Source of the DNA: Sphingomonadaceae bacterium
Lineage (GTDB): Bacteria > Pseudomonadota > Alphaproteobacteria > Sphingomonadales > Sphingomonadaceae
Assembly: GCA_046294735.1 (NCBI GenBank)
Contig: JBKBKB010000003.1
Location: forward strand, 228,921 to 292,920
Reading direction: 5' to 3'
DNA: 64,000 nt
Part shown: one piece after another, positions 17,756-32,657 of the stretch
Layout: every line of letters begins with the position of its first letter
How positions within the stretch are numbered: the first letter of the stretch is position 1
The notes under the pieces: generated by a model
What the model saw: only the letters and a program-made list of their open reading frames with translations
What the model was told of the DNA's origin: nothing
Database searches by the model: none
Made by a program: the position numbers and the translations under genes

Positions 17756-17979
17756 TGCTTGAAATGCGCCCCGATTGCGAGCGCTGCGGCACGGACCTGC
17801 CCGCCGAAGCGCCGGGCGCGTTCATCTGCTCGTTCGAGTGCACCTTCTGCGCCGAATGCGCCGACGCCCTCGACGACCGCTGCCCCAATTGCGGCGGCGA
17901 ACTGATGGACCGCCCGGCCCGGGCCAAGGCGCTGCACGCGAAGTTCCCCCCGGGCACCGAGCGCAGGTTCAAAGGGTAG
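17755..17979 (+). CDS. DUF1272-type Cys-rich (zinc-ribbon-like) small protein
   Basis: [16 protein letters not shown]...CSFECTFCAECA...CPNCGGEL. Its ATG overlaps the glmM stop (TGATG). Confidence 0.7.
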   Translation: MLEMRPDCERCGTDLPAEAPGAFICSFECTFCAECADALDDRCPNCGGELMDRPARAKALHAKFPPGTERRFKG

Positions 17980-18116
17980 GGACTGACAGCGCCGCGCAGG
18001 CTGAGCGGCCAGTTTGTGCGAGATCACGCCAACAGCGGACATTCGGTTTGCGACCCCTAAGTGGTCGCTAGCTCAGCGCCTCAAAATAAGCTGGGCCAAA
18101 CGGTGCTGCGGCAGCC

Positions 18117-18686
18117 TCAAAGGCCGAAGTCTTCACAGATTTTTCGAGCAATCGCGTCCGGAGGCGCCTGCGAGGTGTCTACTTCAAGATCGTATTTCCG
18201 TCCTTTATGGACACGCTCAAACTGCCCTTTCGAGAGGCCAATCTCACGGTCACCTCTCGCGAGTTCTCGATTTCGAACAACGTCCAAAGGCGCGAAAAGC
18301 CCAACTAGCCGGAAATCGAATTGCCCGAGCAACTGCCGATATTCGGTGTCTTCGCTGTCGAAAAACACGTCATCAACGATCATGTGATTTCCGCGTTCGG
18401 CCATTGCCGCAATGGCATGTCGCATGCCTTCCAATGCTCGCTTAACGATATATCCGGTCTGAACGTCAATTGTCTTGCTGTCGATACGATGGAAGACCAG
18501 TCCATCATCTTGCTTGATGGCCCGAGGGGGCAACATCGAAAGGAAGTCATCCATCTGAACGTGCAGAAACGGCTTTTGAGCAATTCGTTGAACAGCTTTA
18601 GCTACTGAGGACTTACCAACACTGCTCACCCCGTTGAGCACGATGATTTGGGTCTGCCGAGGATCGAGCGTCTCTGAGAATAACAT
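18117..18686 (-). CDS. Chloramphenicol phosphotransferase-like (CPT family) P-loop kinase
   Basis: P-loop IIVLNGVSSVGKSSVAKAV, then HMIVDDVFF, RNRELARGDR and YDLEVDTS, matching the layout of Streptomyces CPT. The gene is visibly lower in GC than its flanks. Confidence 0.8.
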   Translation of the reverse strand: MLFSETLDPRQTQIIVLNGVSSVGKSSVAKAVQRIAQKPFLHVQMDDFLSMLPPRAIKQDDGLVFHRIDSKTIDVQTGYIVKRALEGMRHAIAAMAERGNHMIVDDVFFDSEDTEYRQLLGQFDFRLVGLFAPLDVVRNRELARGDREIGLSKGQFERVHKGRKYDLEVDTSQAPPDAIARKICEDFGL

Positions 18687-18865
18687 GATGAATAAGATTG
18701 CCGATCCGGGTTGCTAACGCAACGGGTCAGGCAAAAGCCGCCATTCGCCAATCCACCCACTTCCCGCCAGCACGAGCCCAATCCCCCATCCCCAAAATCC
18801 GCCATCCCGTCCGCCCCAACAAAAAGCCATCCCTGCCCGCGCGCGGACTTGCTAAGGGGCTTGCC

Positions 18866-19681
18866 ATGAGCACCACCCCTCCCCCCCCGCGCATTCTCTC
18901 CATCGCCGGTTCGGACTCGTCCGGCGGCGCGGGTATCCAGGCGGATATCAAGACCATCGCCATGCTGGGCGGCTATGCCATGACCGCTGTGACCACCGTC
19001 ACCGCGCAGAACACGGTCGGGGCGCAGGCCATCGCCCCGATGGGGGCAGAGGTGGTGGCGGCCCAGATCACCTCCTGCGCCAGCGATATCGGGGTCGACG
19101 CGATCAAGATCGGCATGTTGCACGATGTCCAGATCATCACCGCTGTGGCCGAGTGTCTGACTGGTGAGGCGGCATTGGCCGGGGTGCCGGTGGTGCTCGA
19201 CCCGGTCATGGTCGCCACCTCCGGCGCGGTGCTGATCGCGCCCGACGCGATTGCGGCGCTGAAGGCGCAGCTGTTCCCGCTGGCGACCGTTATCACCCCC
19301 AACCTGCCGGAACTGGAGCACTTGTGCGGGCGGACCCTGCGCACCACCGCGCTGATGCAGGAGGGTGCCGCCGAGCTGGCGGCGCAATACGGCTGCCACG
19401 TGCTCGCCAAGGGTGGCCATACCGAGGACGCGCGGATCATCGATCTGCTGGTCGCCCCCGACGGCACGGCAGGTTTCTACGAACACGCCCGGATCGACAC
19501 GCGCCACACCCACGGCACCGGCTGCACCCTGTCCTCTGCCATCGCGACCCTGATCGGCCACGGCCAGCCGCTTTACCATGCCGTCAGGCTGGCCCGCCAA
19601 TTCGTGCTCCGCGCGATTGAGGCGGCCCCCGGCTTCGGCGCAGGCAATGGCCCGCTCGGGCATCAGGCAGTCAGGCGTTAG
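18866..19681 (+). CDS. thiD: Hydroxymethylpyrimidine/phosphomethylpyrimidine kinase
   Basis: ILSIAGSDSSGGAGIQADIKT...ITPNLPE...GTGCTLSSAIA. ATG 18866 lies inside track ORF 18698..19681. Confidence 0.9.
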   Translation: MSTTPPPPRILSIAGSDSSGGAGIQADIKTIAMLGGYAMTAVTTVTAQNTVGAQAIAPMGAEVVAAQITSCASDIGVDAIKIGMLHDVQIITAVAECLTGEAALAGVPVVLDPVMVATSGAVLIAPDAIAALKAQLFPLATVITPNLPELEHLCGRTLRTTALMQEGAAELAAQYGCHVLAKGGHTEDARIIDLLVAPDGTAGFYEHARIDTRHTHGTGCTLSSAIATLIGHGQPLYHAVRLARQFVLRAIEAAPGFGAGNGPLGHQAVRR

Positions 19682-19685
19682 CGGC

Positions 19686-20573
19686 TCAGCACTCCAGCTC
19701 GTAGAACTCGGCGATGTGGCACCAGGCGTCTTCGGCCGTTTCGCACCACTGGAACAGCTCCAGGTCCTGGTGGTTGATCGTGCCTTCGTCGGCCAGGGCC
19801 TCGAAATCGATCACCCGAGTCCAGAAGTCCTTGCCGAACAGCAGGATCGGGATCGGCTTCATCTTGCCCGTCTGGATCAGGGTCAAAAGCTCGAAGAATT
19901 CGTCAAACGTCCCGAACCCACCCGGGAACACGGCCACCGCCCGCGCGCGCAGCAGGAAGTGCATCTTGCGCAGCGCGAAATAGTGGAACTGGAAGCTCAG
20001 CGACGGGGTGACATAGCGGTTGGGCGCCTGCTCGTGCGGCAGCACGATGTTGAGCCCGATGCTTTCAGCCGAGGCGTCACTGGCGCCGCGGTTGGCCGCT
20101 TCCATGATCGACGGACCACCGCCCGAGCAGATTACGAACTGGCGCTGGCCCTTTTCGATGATCGCCTTTTCGCTGACCATCCGGGCCAGCTTGTAGGCTT
20201 CGTCGTAATACTTCGCCTTGGCGGCAAGGTTCTCCACCACCCGGCGTTCGCGCTCCGGCAGGTCCTTGGCCATGGCGAGCGATGCCTCGGCCGCTTCAGT
20301 CGAGGGGATCCGGGCCGAGCCGTACATCACCAGGGTCGAGCCGACGCCGGCCTCGTCGAGCAGCATTTCCGGCTTGAGCAGTTCAAGCTGAAAGCGAATA
20401 GGGCGCAATTCCTCACGCAGCAGGAAATCGCGATCCTGGAATGCCAGCCGGTAAGCCGGGTGCTCGGTCTGCGGGGTCTTGTCTGGGGCTGCCTTAGAGA
20501 ATTCGGCCTCTTCTTCGGCCGGGTAGAACTTGCGCCCGGCAAGATCGTGCTGCTTCTTTTCTTCTTCAGTCAT
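19686..20573 (-). CDS. LOG/TIGR00730-family Rossmann-fold nucleotide-binding protein
   Basis: GGGPSIMEAANRGA...FPGGFGTFDEFFELLTLIQTGK. I prefer ATG 20573 (MTEEEKK). Confidence 0.8.
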   Translation of the reverse strand: MTEEEKKQHDLAGRKFYPAEEEAEFSKAAPDKTPQTEHPAYRLAFQDRDFLLREELRPIRFQLELLKPEMLLDEAGVGSTLVMYGSARIPSTEAAEASLAMAKDLPERERRVVENLAAKAKYYDEAYKLARMVSEKAIIEKGQRQFVICSGGGPSIMEAANRGASDASAESIGLNIVLPHEQAPNRYVTPSLSFQFHYFALRKMHFLLRARAVAVFPGGFGTFDEFFELLTLIQTGKMKPIPILLFGKDFWTRVIDFEALADEGTINHQDLELFQWCETAEDAWCHIAEFYELEC

Positions 20574-20628
20574 TTGGCCTGCGATAGGCGCGGTGGCAGC
20601 GGCGGGCAAGTGCCCCAAGGTCAAGAAC

Positions 20629-21927
20629 CTAGAACCGCGTGGTCAGGCGCAGCCCGGCGATGACGCCGGTATCACGCACCGCCACTGCGCTGTCGATCAC
20701 CTGCACGCTGGCGGTCAGGCGGACGGGTTTTGCCACCTGCACAGTGTAGAACGCCTCCAGCCCTTCCTCGTCTTCGAGCGCGACCCGGTTCGCCAGCACC
20801 CGCACCAGCCTGTTGGTCAGCGAATAGCGGAACCAGGCAATACCGAACCGGTCGTCCGGCCGAACGCGCGGGTTACCCGACACCCCGATGAACGCGCTGC
20901 GATCAAGAAAGGTCGGATCGCCGCGCGAGACATAGACCTGCCCGAACACGCCCCAGCCCTTGCCCGGGTGTTCGGGATATTCGACCAGGTTCTGGTACAT
21001 GGCGAGGACTGCGCTGAACTCCCCGCGCCTTTCGGCAAAGCCGGAACCCCGGGCCGGGATCAGCACCGGCGGCAGGGCGTCATCCGCGATCGACCGCCGT
21101 GTCGACCCGGCCAGCTTGAGCGCATAGTAGCCGCGTTTGCCCGCCACCTTGACCGGCACTGTGACCGAGCTGAGGAAAGCGACCCCTTCCGAGAACGGAT
21201 CCTCCAGCCCGCTGCGGCGCGAGGAGGAGACTGGATCGAACACCCACAACCGGTAAAGCGCCTTCTTCGTCGGCACCTGCAGCAGCGCACCGGTGATCGA
21301 ACCGGGCACGATCGCGGTAGGGGGCAGGGCCATCGCGAGGTTCTGGAACCCCTCGTGCCCACCGCCGCCGACGACCGGAAGCAGCGCGGCCAGATCAAGC
21401 ACGTTGACCTTGCCCGCTGTCAAAGTGATGCCGCTCTTCCACTTCTTGGTCAGGTTGATGCTGAGATCGAACACCTCGCCAGCGCCGGGATAGAACAACT
21501 GGGTGTTGCTGGGGATCAGACCGATCGTGCCGTTGGCACTTTCGCCATATTTGAACTCGGGATGGAAATGCAGGGTGATGGAATCGTCGAGCCCGAAGGT
21601 GCTCCCGCGCAGATCGACATAAGCGTCGATCTTGCCGCCGTAGCGCAGGGTCGAGGCCGCATCGCCGGAGACCGGCACATCGGCAAATTGCGACCACACC
21701 ACCCGAACCGGGTCCGGTTTCGGCGGGGAAGGCGGCAAGGGAGGGGGCACCGCAGCAACGGGCGCCGCTACAGTGGGCGGGGGCGGTGTCTCGTCGGACT
21801 GCTCGCTGGCCGCAGCCGCGACAGGACCGAGCGTCAGAATGCTCAGGCCTGTCAGGCCAATTGCCCACACAAACCACTGGCGGCCGATGGTGCCGCGCAA
21901 GATACCAATCAATGTCATGCGATCCAT
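20629..21927 (-). CDS. Outer-membrane beta-barrel porin (OprB/carbohydrate-porin-like candidate)
   Basis: Signal peptide, a Pro-rich linker, alternating beta-strand pattern, and a C-terminal ...GLRLTTRF ending in Phe. Confidence 0.55.
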   Translation of the reverse strand: MDRMTLIGILRGTIGRQWFVWAIGLTGLSILTLGPVAAAASEQSDETPPPPTVAAPVAAVPPPLPPSPPKPDPVRVVWSQFADVPVSGDAASTLRYGGKIDAYVDLRGSTFGLDDSITLHFHPEFKYGESANGTIGLIPSNTQLFYPGAGEVFDLSINLTKKWKSGITLTAGKVNVLDLAALLPVVGGGGHEGFQNLAMALPPTAIVPGSITGALLQVPTKKALYRLWVFDPVSSSRRSGLEDPFSEGVAFLSSVTVPVKVAGKRGYYALKLAGSTRRSIADDALPPVLIPARGSGFAERRGEFSAVLAMYQNLVEYPEHPGKGWGVFGQVYVSRGDPTFLDRSAFIGVSGNPRVRPDDRFGIAWFRYSLTNRLVRVLANRVALEDEEGLEAFYTVQVAKPVRLTASVQVIDSAVAVRDTGVIAGLRLTTRF

Positions 21928-22100
21928 TTACCGGAACGCGGTGCGATCAGGCCGCTGCCCGATGTCCTCCCTTTGTCACCATCCGATGGCACCTGTCCAC
22001 GTGCGCCATGTCGGTTTATTGACACAGATCATGGCTTTGGCAAGGTCCGGCGAAGGCTGATTGCCCAGATCGCCCCGGCCTCGTCACTTGCCGGCCCTCG

Positions 22101-22808
22101 TCACTCGGTTGCAACCCGTTCCATTGTAACCATGGTATCCAACAGCCACAGGGAAATGCCGGAGCCGTCTGCCCTGATTTGTGTGCCGGTCAGGTTCTCG
22201 ATGCCGATATCGTTGGGCACCAGTGTAAAGCGCAAGCTGCGGGGGGTGCCGTCAAGCTCGAAACTGGCCGGTCCAACATTCTGTATCGGCTCTTCCAGCA
22301 CCAGCCGCTCCGGTTCATCGCATTCGCCGGGCACCAGATTCCAGCCGTATTCCTGAGTGTAGTGGCTGATCCGCTTCCCGTCCGCACAGATCAGCGTCAG
22401 GTCGATCCCCGCAATGCCCCGGCCGCTGGGCCAGCGCACCACCAGAAATGGCACATCCGGCGATGGATCGTCTGCATCGCGCCGGATTTCCGGCGGCACA
22501 GGGGTAGGGTTTGTAGTCAGGGTGACAATACCGCCGTCATCGGCCCAGGTTCCCGCCGAACGGCGGTCCATCGCTCCGACCGACAAGGCCCATTCATAGG
22601 ACCCGTCCGGGTTCAACCGCAGGCCGTGAAACGCCTCGAAACTGGACCGGTCGCGGTAGTCACCCGGCTTTACCGAGGTCGCAACAGCTTCCTGCGCTGT
22701 GCCGGGTGCGGCCAGCACCAGCAGCATCGGGGCATGGGCGAGGCAAGCAAAGCGGGGCACCGCGGCGGGATTACCGCACCGCCTTTGCGGCGTCCATCCC
22801 GGGATCAC
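22101..22808 (-). CDS. Hypothetical secreted protein
   Basis: Track ORF located 12 nt downstream of gltD on the same strand. It has a hydrophobic N-terminus and no family motif that I recognise. Confidence 0.45.
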   Translation of the reverse strand: MIPGWTPQRRCGNPAAVPRFACLAHAPMLLVLAAPGTAQEAVATSVKPGDYRDRSSFEAFHGLRLNPDGSYEWALSVGAMDRRSAGTWADDGGIVTLTTNPTPVPPEIRRDADDPSPDVPFLVVRWPSGRGIAGIDLTLICADGKRISHYTQEYGWNLVPGECDEPERLVLEEPIQNVGPASFELDGTPRSLRFTLVPNDIGIENLTGTQIRADGSGISLWLLDTMVTMERVATE

Positions 22809-22820
22809 CCGTTGCTGCCA

Positions 22821-24257
<1,437 letters not shown>

Positions 24258-24269
24258 GGTAATTGACCC

Positions 24270-28910
<4,641 letters not shown>

Positions 28911-29127
28911 GCAAAGGTATCCTATCGTGTGTGGCCCATCATGTGCGGTGCCCGAATCTGCGACAGCAGAGCTGCTCCGGGCAATCAAGCGCGCTACACC
29001 ATGCCGCTCAGCGCAGTAAACTAGGCGCGCAGCGGCCTCATGGCGACATGAAATGATTTTTGCAACTGCGAAGGGTTTCTTGGGCCGGTCCAGCCAAAGT
29101 GAATAGGTCTGCATCAGCCAGCGCGCG

Positions 29128-29167
29128 GCAAAACCCCCGTGTCCCGCGGTGGGGGGAACGGGGGTTT
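29128..29167 (-). terminator. Rho-independent terminator after the Pro/Ala-rich protein gene
   Basis: AAACCCCCGT (29131-29140) pairs with ACGGGGGTTT (29158-29167). On the minus strand the hairpin runs into UUUUGCC. Confidence 0.6.
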
Positions 29168-29210
29168 CGGAAAGCAGGTATGAACTAGCGTGGGCGCGCG
29201 GTCGGCGGTC

Positions 29211-31133
29211 TCAGGCCGCTCCGCTCATTTGCTGGAGCTTGGCCAGTGCCTCGCGCAGGGCGGTCTCGGTCGCCGCGCGATCGACCGGCTGGCTTGCGGG
29301 CGGCGAGAATGCCGGCCGGGCGAACGGGGCAGGCGCAGGCGGTGCGCCCGCGGGTGCGCGCGAGGGTCCATCGCTGGCCGGCATGGCGCGGCCCGGCTGG
29401 GCCGTGCCCGGGAACACTACGACCGGTTCGATTCCGTCGCGCGGCTGCTCCTCATCATCGATCCGGACGTGCTCGCGCCCGATGCCGAATCCGCTCTTCA
29501 TGGCCAGCAGCGAGCCGAACTGATCCTCTGTGCCATCGTCATCGCTATTGTCGTCGGCGGCCGGAGTGCTGTCCACGCCTGCCGGTTGCGGCATGGCGAA
29601 GGGAGCAGCGAACGGAGCAGCCGGTGTGTTTGGCAGCGCAGGTGCCGCGAACGGCTTCGGCGCGCTGGCGAAGGGCAGGGAAAAGGCGTGATCAAGGTTG
29701 TCGGTTTCGTCGTGCTCGTCGTGCTCGTCGAATCCGAACGGACGCAGGGCAGCCGGGATCGAGGCGGCCTGGCCTGGCGCGGCGAAAGGTGCGGTAAACG
29801 GGGCTTCAGCAACCTGCGGCAGCTCCGCTGGGGCAGCGGGCTCTGCTGCCGCCTGAAGCGCGCCGAATGGCGGCTGTCCAGACGAGGACGGGCCAAACGG
29901 GGGTGCGCTGTCAAGTGCTCCGATCCCGAGCGCGATCGGACTGGCAATGCTGCCAGCAACCTGCGCCGGAGCTGCGGGACGAGCCGCGCTCAATGCAGCG
30001 GCGAACCGTTCAACCAGGTCCACCATGCCCAGCCCGGCGAGTTCGCGTCGCGCTGCGGCCGGTTCCGGTGCGGGCGCTACCGCTGCAGCAGAGACCGGGG
30101 CCGGTCCGGTCACGGGATCGAGCGCAGGCGAAGCGGCAAATGGTGAGGGTGCGGAAAACGGGACCGGCATGTCCGATTCGGCAGCTTGCGGCATCGCGAA
30201 TGGCAGTGGAGCGGGCGCTGGCTGCGGCGCTGCGAACGGACCGGACCCTTGCGGCTCGGCGTCAATGTTGATCGCTGCCTGGGCGGCCGGTGCCGGTTGC
30301 GGCGCACTGAACGGCGCGTGGTTCGAAGGGGGCGGGGCAAACGGCCGGGGCGGATTTGCCGGATTGAACGGCGCCGGCGCAGGTGCAGCATCGTAATCGT
30401 CGGCATATGCGGGAAACGGCTCGCTGATCACCGGGCGACCGAACGGAGCAGAACCCGTTTCGGTGGGCGCTTGTGCCGCGAAGGGAGCCGGTTCCCGGGT
30501 CGGTGAATGATCCTGCGCGAATGCCGTATGGGACATCGGGTCCGTGCTGTGATCTGACAGGTGATCTGTTGCAGGCTTGTCGAAATGATCCAGTTCCAAG
30601 ACCTCTTCCTCCGGGTAGTTGTCAGCCCCCATCAGGTCGAGCACGTCGCTTCCGCCCGGCAGGGGGACGGAAGCGAGGTATTCGCTCGGACCGCTTTCGT
30701 CGGTAACAGCAAGCGCGCGGCGGCGCCCGGCGACCGGTTCGGAGCCCGGCCATGCCGGGGCAATCGGTTCGTCCAGCCCATCACTGCCCAGTTCCTCCAT
30801 GGCTGAGATCGGGCGTTTGGCCGGGCCATCGCCCTGACTTCGCGTGCGCTTGGGCGGCCTGGACACGGCTTGTCCGCTCGCGACCTTTCGTGCCAGCAGC
30901 AGACCTAGAACACCGCCTGAAGCGCCGGCTGCCAGGCCAAGGCCGAGCCGCAGGCTGAAGCCCGCCGCATTAAGGCCCGCGGCAGTGCCGAGCGCATCAA
31001 ACAGGGCTTGCGGCAGGACCATGGTGCCGATCCCGAGCAATGCAGCGAACCACAAGGCCACGATCACTGGAAACAGCGGGTGGGCGCTGACCGGGGTCTG
31101 GGCCCCTGCTTTCGCCTTCCTCAGAGTGGTCAC
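29211..31133 (-). CDS. Membrane-anchored, intrinsically disordered Pro/Ala/Phe-rich protein with about 20 PF short motifs
   Basis: 640-aa track ORF with two N-terminal hydrophobic segments, then a low-complexity region with repeated xPF(A/S/G)xP. It follows the glycosyltransferase gene on the same strand after a 42-nt gap. The competing plus-strand ORFs are Arg-rich artefacts. Confidence 0.7.
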   Translation of the reverse strand: MTTLRKAKAGAQTPVSAHPLFPVIVALWFAALLGIGTMVLPQALFDALGTAAGLNAAGFSLRLGLGLAAGASGGVLGLLLARKVASGQAVSRPPKRTRSQGDGPAKRPISAMEELGSDGLDEPIAPAWPGSEPVAGRRRALAVTDESGPSEYLASVPLPGGSDVLDLMGADNYPEEEVLELDHFDKPATDHLSDHSTDPMSHTAFAQDHSPTREPAPFAAQAPTETGSAPFGRPVISEPFPAYADDYDAAPAPAPFNPANPPRPFAPPPSNHAPFSAPQPAPAAQAAINIDAEPQGSGPFAAPQPAPAPLPFAMPQAAESDMPVPFSAPSPFAASPALDPVTGPAPVSAAAVAPAPEPAAARRELAGLGMVDLVERFAAALSAARPAAPAQVAGSIASPIALGIGALDSAPPFGPSSSGQPPFGALQAAAEPAAPAELPQVAEAPFTAPFAAPGQAASIPAALRPFGFDEHDEHDETDNLDHAFSLPFASAPKPFAAPALPNTPAAPFAAPFAMPQPAGVDSTPAADDNSDDDGTEDQFGSLLAMKSGFGIGREHVRIDDEEQPRDGIEPVVVFPGTAQPGRAMPASDGPSRAPAGAPPAPAPFARPAFSPPASQPVDRAATETALREALAKLQQMSGAA

Positions 31134-31175
31134 GATATCGAATCCCCGTTCTGTTCCAGGCGGTTCGCTACCGGC

Positions 31176-32423
31176 TCATGCGACAGCGGAAAGTGCCCGA
31201 TCGGAGGAACGACCTAGCAAGAGATGGTAAACGTCTTGATAACGACGCACGTTGAGCGCCCAGTCATGGTGCGCGGCAACGTGCTTGCGGGCCCGCTCCC
31301 GCATGGCAGGCCAGGTGTCCCGTGCGCCGAGCAGCTGCGCGAGGACCAGAGCGCATCCCTGCGGATCGTCGGCCGGGAACAGCACGCCGGTTGCACCGTC
31401 TTCGATCAGCTCGCCGTGCCCGCCGACGTCGCTGGCAGCGACAATCCGCTGCTGGGCCATGGCTTCGAGGGGCTTCAACGGCGTAACCAGATCGGTCAGG
31501 CGGCTGCGCTTGCGCGGATAGGCCAGCACGTCGATCAGCGAATAGTAGCGGTCGACCTCATGGTGCGGCACCCGGCCGGTGAAATGGATGGCCTTGCACG
31601 CCAACGAACCCTCAGCCTGCCGGCGCAAGGCTGCGTCCATCGGCCCTCCGCCGACCATGAGCAGCCGCGTTCCGGGCACCTGCTCGCGCAGCAGTGGCAG
31701 GGCCGCGATCAGGTCGTCGAGACCCTCGTAATCGTAAAAGCTGCCGATAAAGCCAATCACCGGCTCGTCTCCGAAGCCGAGGTCGCGTGCCAGCGCGCAG
31801 TCGCGCGGTGGCGGCGCGCCGAACAGGGACAGATCGACTCCGTTGGGTGAAATGCCGATCCGCCCGCCTTCGAATCCGCGACCGATCAGGTCGTCGCGCA
31901 GGCCGTGGCAGATGGTGAACACCGCATCGGCCCCGGCGATGACGCGGTTTTCGAGCGCGCGGGTCATCCGGTACTTGAGCGAGCCTTCCTGCCCGGTGCC
32001 GTTGCCCACCGCCGCATCTTCCCAGAACGCGCGAATCTCATAGACCACCGGCACACCCAGCCTGCGCCCGGCGCGAACGGCGGCCATGCCGCACAGGGCC
32101 GGTGAATGGGCATGAAGCACGTCCGGCCGCCAGGTTTCCGCCAGGGCCACAATGGCATCAGCCAGCCGGGCGATCTCGCGCCATTCGCGCAGGCCGACCG
32201 GCCCGGTGGGTTCCCCCGGGGTGCGGTGAAAGATGAGGCCCTCCACAGTTTCGCAAGCCGGCCCGTCGGCTGCATGGCGCAAGCCAGTGATCCCGCGCAC
32301 TTCCAGGCCAGCAACCTGCTGTGCTTTCAGGATCGCGCGGGTGCGGAAGGTGTAACCGCTGTGCAGCGGCAGCGAATGGTCGAGGACGTGAAGGATCCGG
32401 GTCATGCTGGCATCATGTGCCAT
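31176..32423 (-). CDS. GT4-family glycosyltransferase (resembles the exosortase-A/PEP-CTERM-associated GT family)
   Basis: N-terminus RILHVLDHSLPLHSGYTFRT and a C-terminal E-x7-E-type region (PLEAMAQQRIVAASDVGGHGELIEDG). The sub-family assignment is from memory. Confidence 0.78.
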   Translation of the reverse strand: MAHDASMTRILHVLDHSLPLHSGYTFRTRAILKAQQVAGLEVRGITGLRHAADGPACETVEGLIFHRTPGEPTGPVGLREWREIARLADAIVALAETWRPDVLHAHSPALCGMAAVRAGRRLGVPVVYEIRAFWEDAAVGNGTGQEGSLKYRMTRALENRVIAGADAVFTICHGLRDDLIGRGFEGGRIGISPNGVDLSLFGAPPPRDCALARDLGFGDEPVIGFIGSFYDYEGLDDLIAALPLLREQVPGTRLLMVGGGPMDAALRRQAEGSLACKAIHFTGRVPHHEVDRYYSLIDVLAYPRKRSRLTDLVTPLKPLEAMAQQRIVAASDVGGHGELIEDGATGVLFPADDPQGCALVLAQLLGARDTWPAMRERARKHVAAHHDWALNVRRYQDVYHLLLGRSSDRALSAVA

Positions 32424-32504
32424 GGCTTGCTTAACGCGCCGTCAACTTGCCCCTGTTAGCAGGCGGCAAGGCTGACCGTGCATGAGGCACGCAAGGCTGG
32501 CCGG

Positions 32505-32657
32505 ATGGCTTCAACCGCAGGCAGAACCCAAGTGATCGACTATTTCGCCCTCGCGCTGATCCATGGCCTGCTGGCAGTGATGGTGATCCGCCTGTCGGGC
32601 CGGGCCGATCTCGACCGGGAGCAGCCTCCGGCGGCCGAGGACAGCACCGATGCTTGA
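32505..32657 (+). CDS. Candidate 50-aa single-TM small protein overlapping the ligase start
   Basis: Too short to appear in the ORF track. Reads MASTAGRTQVIDYFALALIHGLLAVMVIRLSGRADLDREQPPAAEDSTDA. Its stop at 32655-32657 overlaps the ligase ATG (32650) by 8 nt. Confidence 0.3.
   Translation: MASTAGRTQVIDYFALALIHGLLAVMVIRLSGRADLDREQPPAAEDSTDA

Noticed and set aside
18061-18100. tRNA-like D-arm string GGTCGCTAGCTCAGCG next to the low-GC islet, which could be a tRNA or a tRNA-fragment attachment site.
   Set aside because: The downstream sequence cannot form D, anticodon and T arms or an acceptor stem. No integrase gene or matching direct repeat lies on the other side of the islet.
18687-18865. 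Possible TPP riboswitch in the 180-nt region upstream of thiD.
   Set aside because: I could not find the conserved CUGAGA and ACCUGAUCUGGAUAAUGCCAGCG-type elements in the correct orientation. The only CTGAGA lies inside the neighbouring minus-strand CDS.
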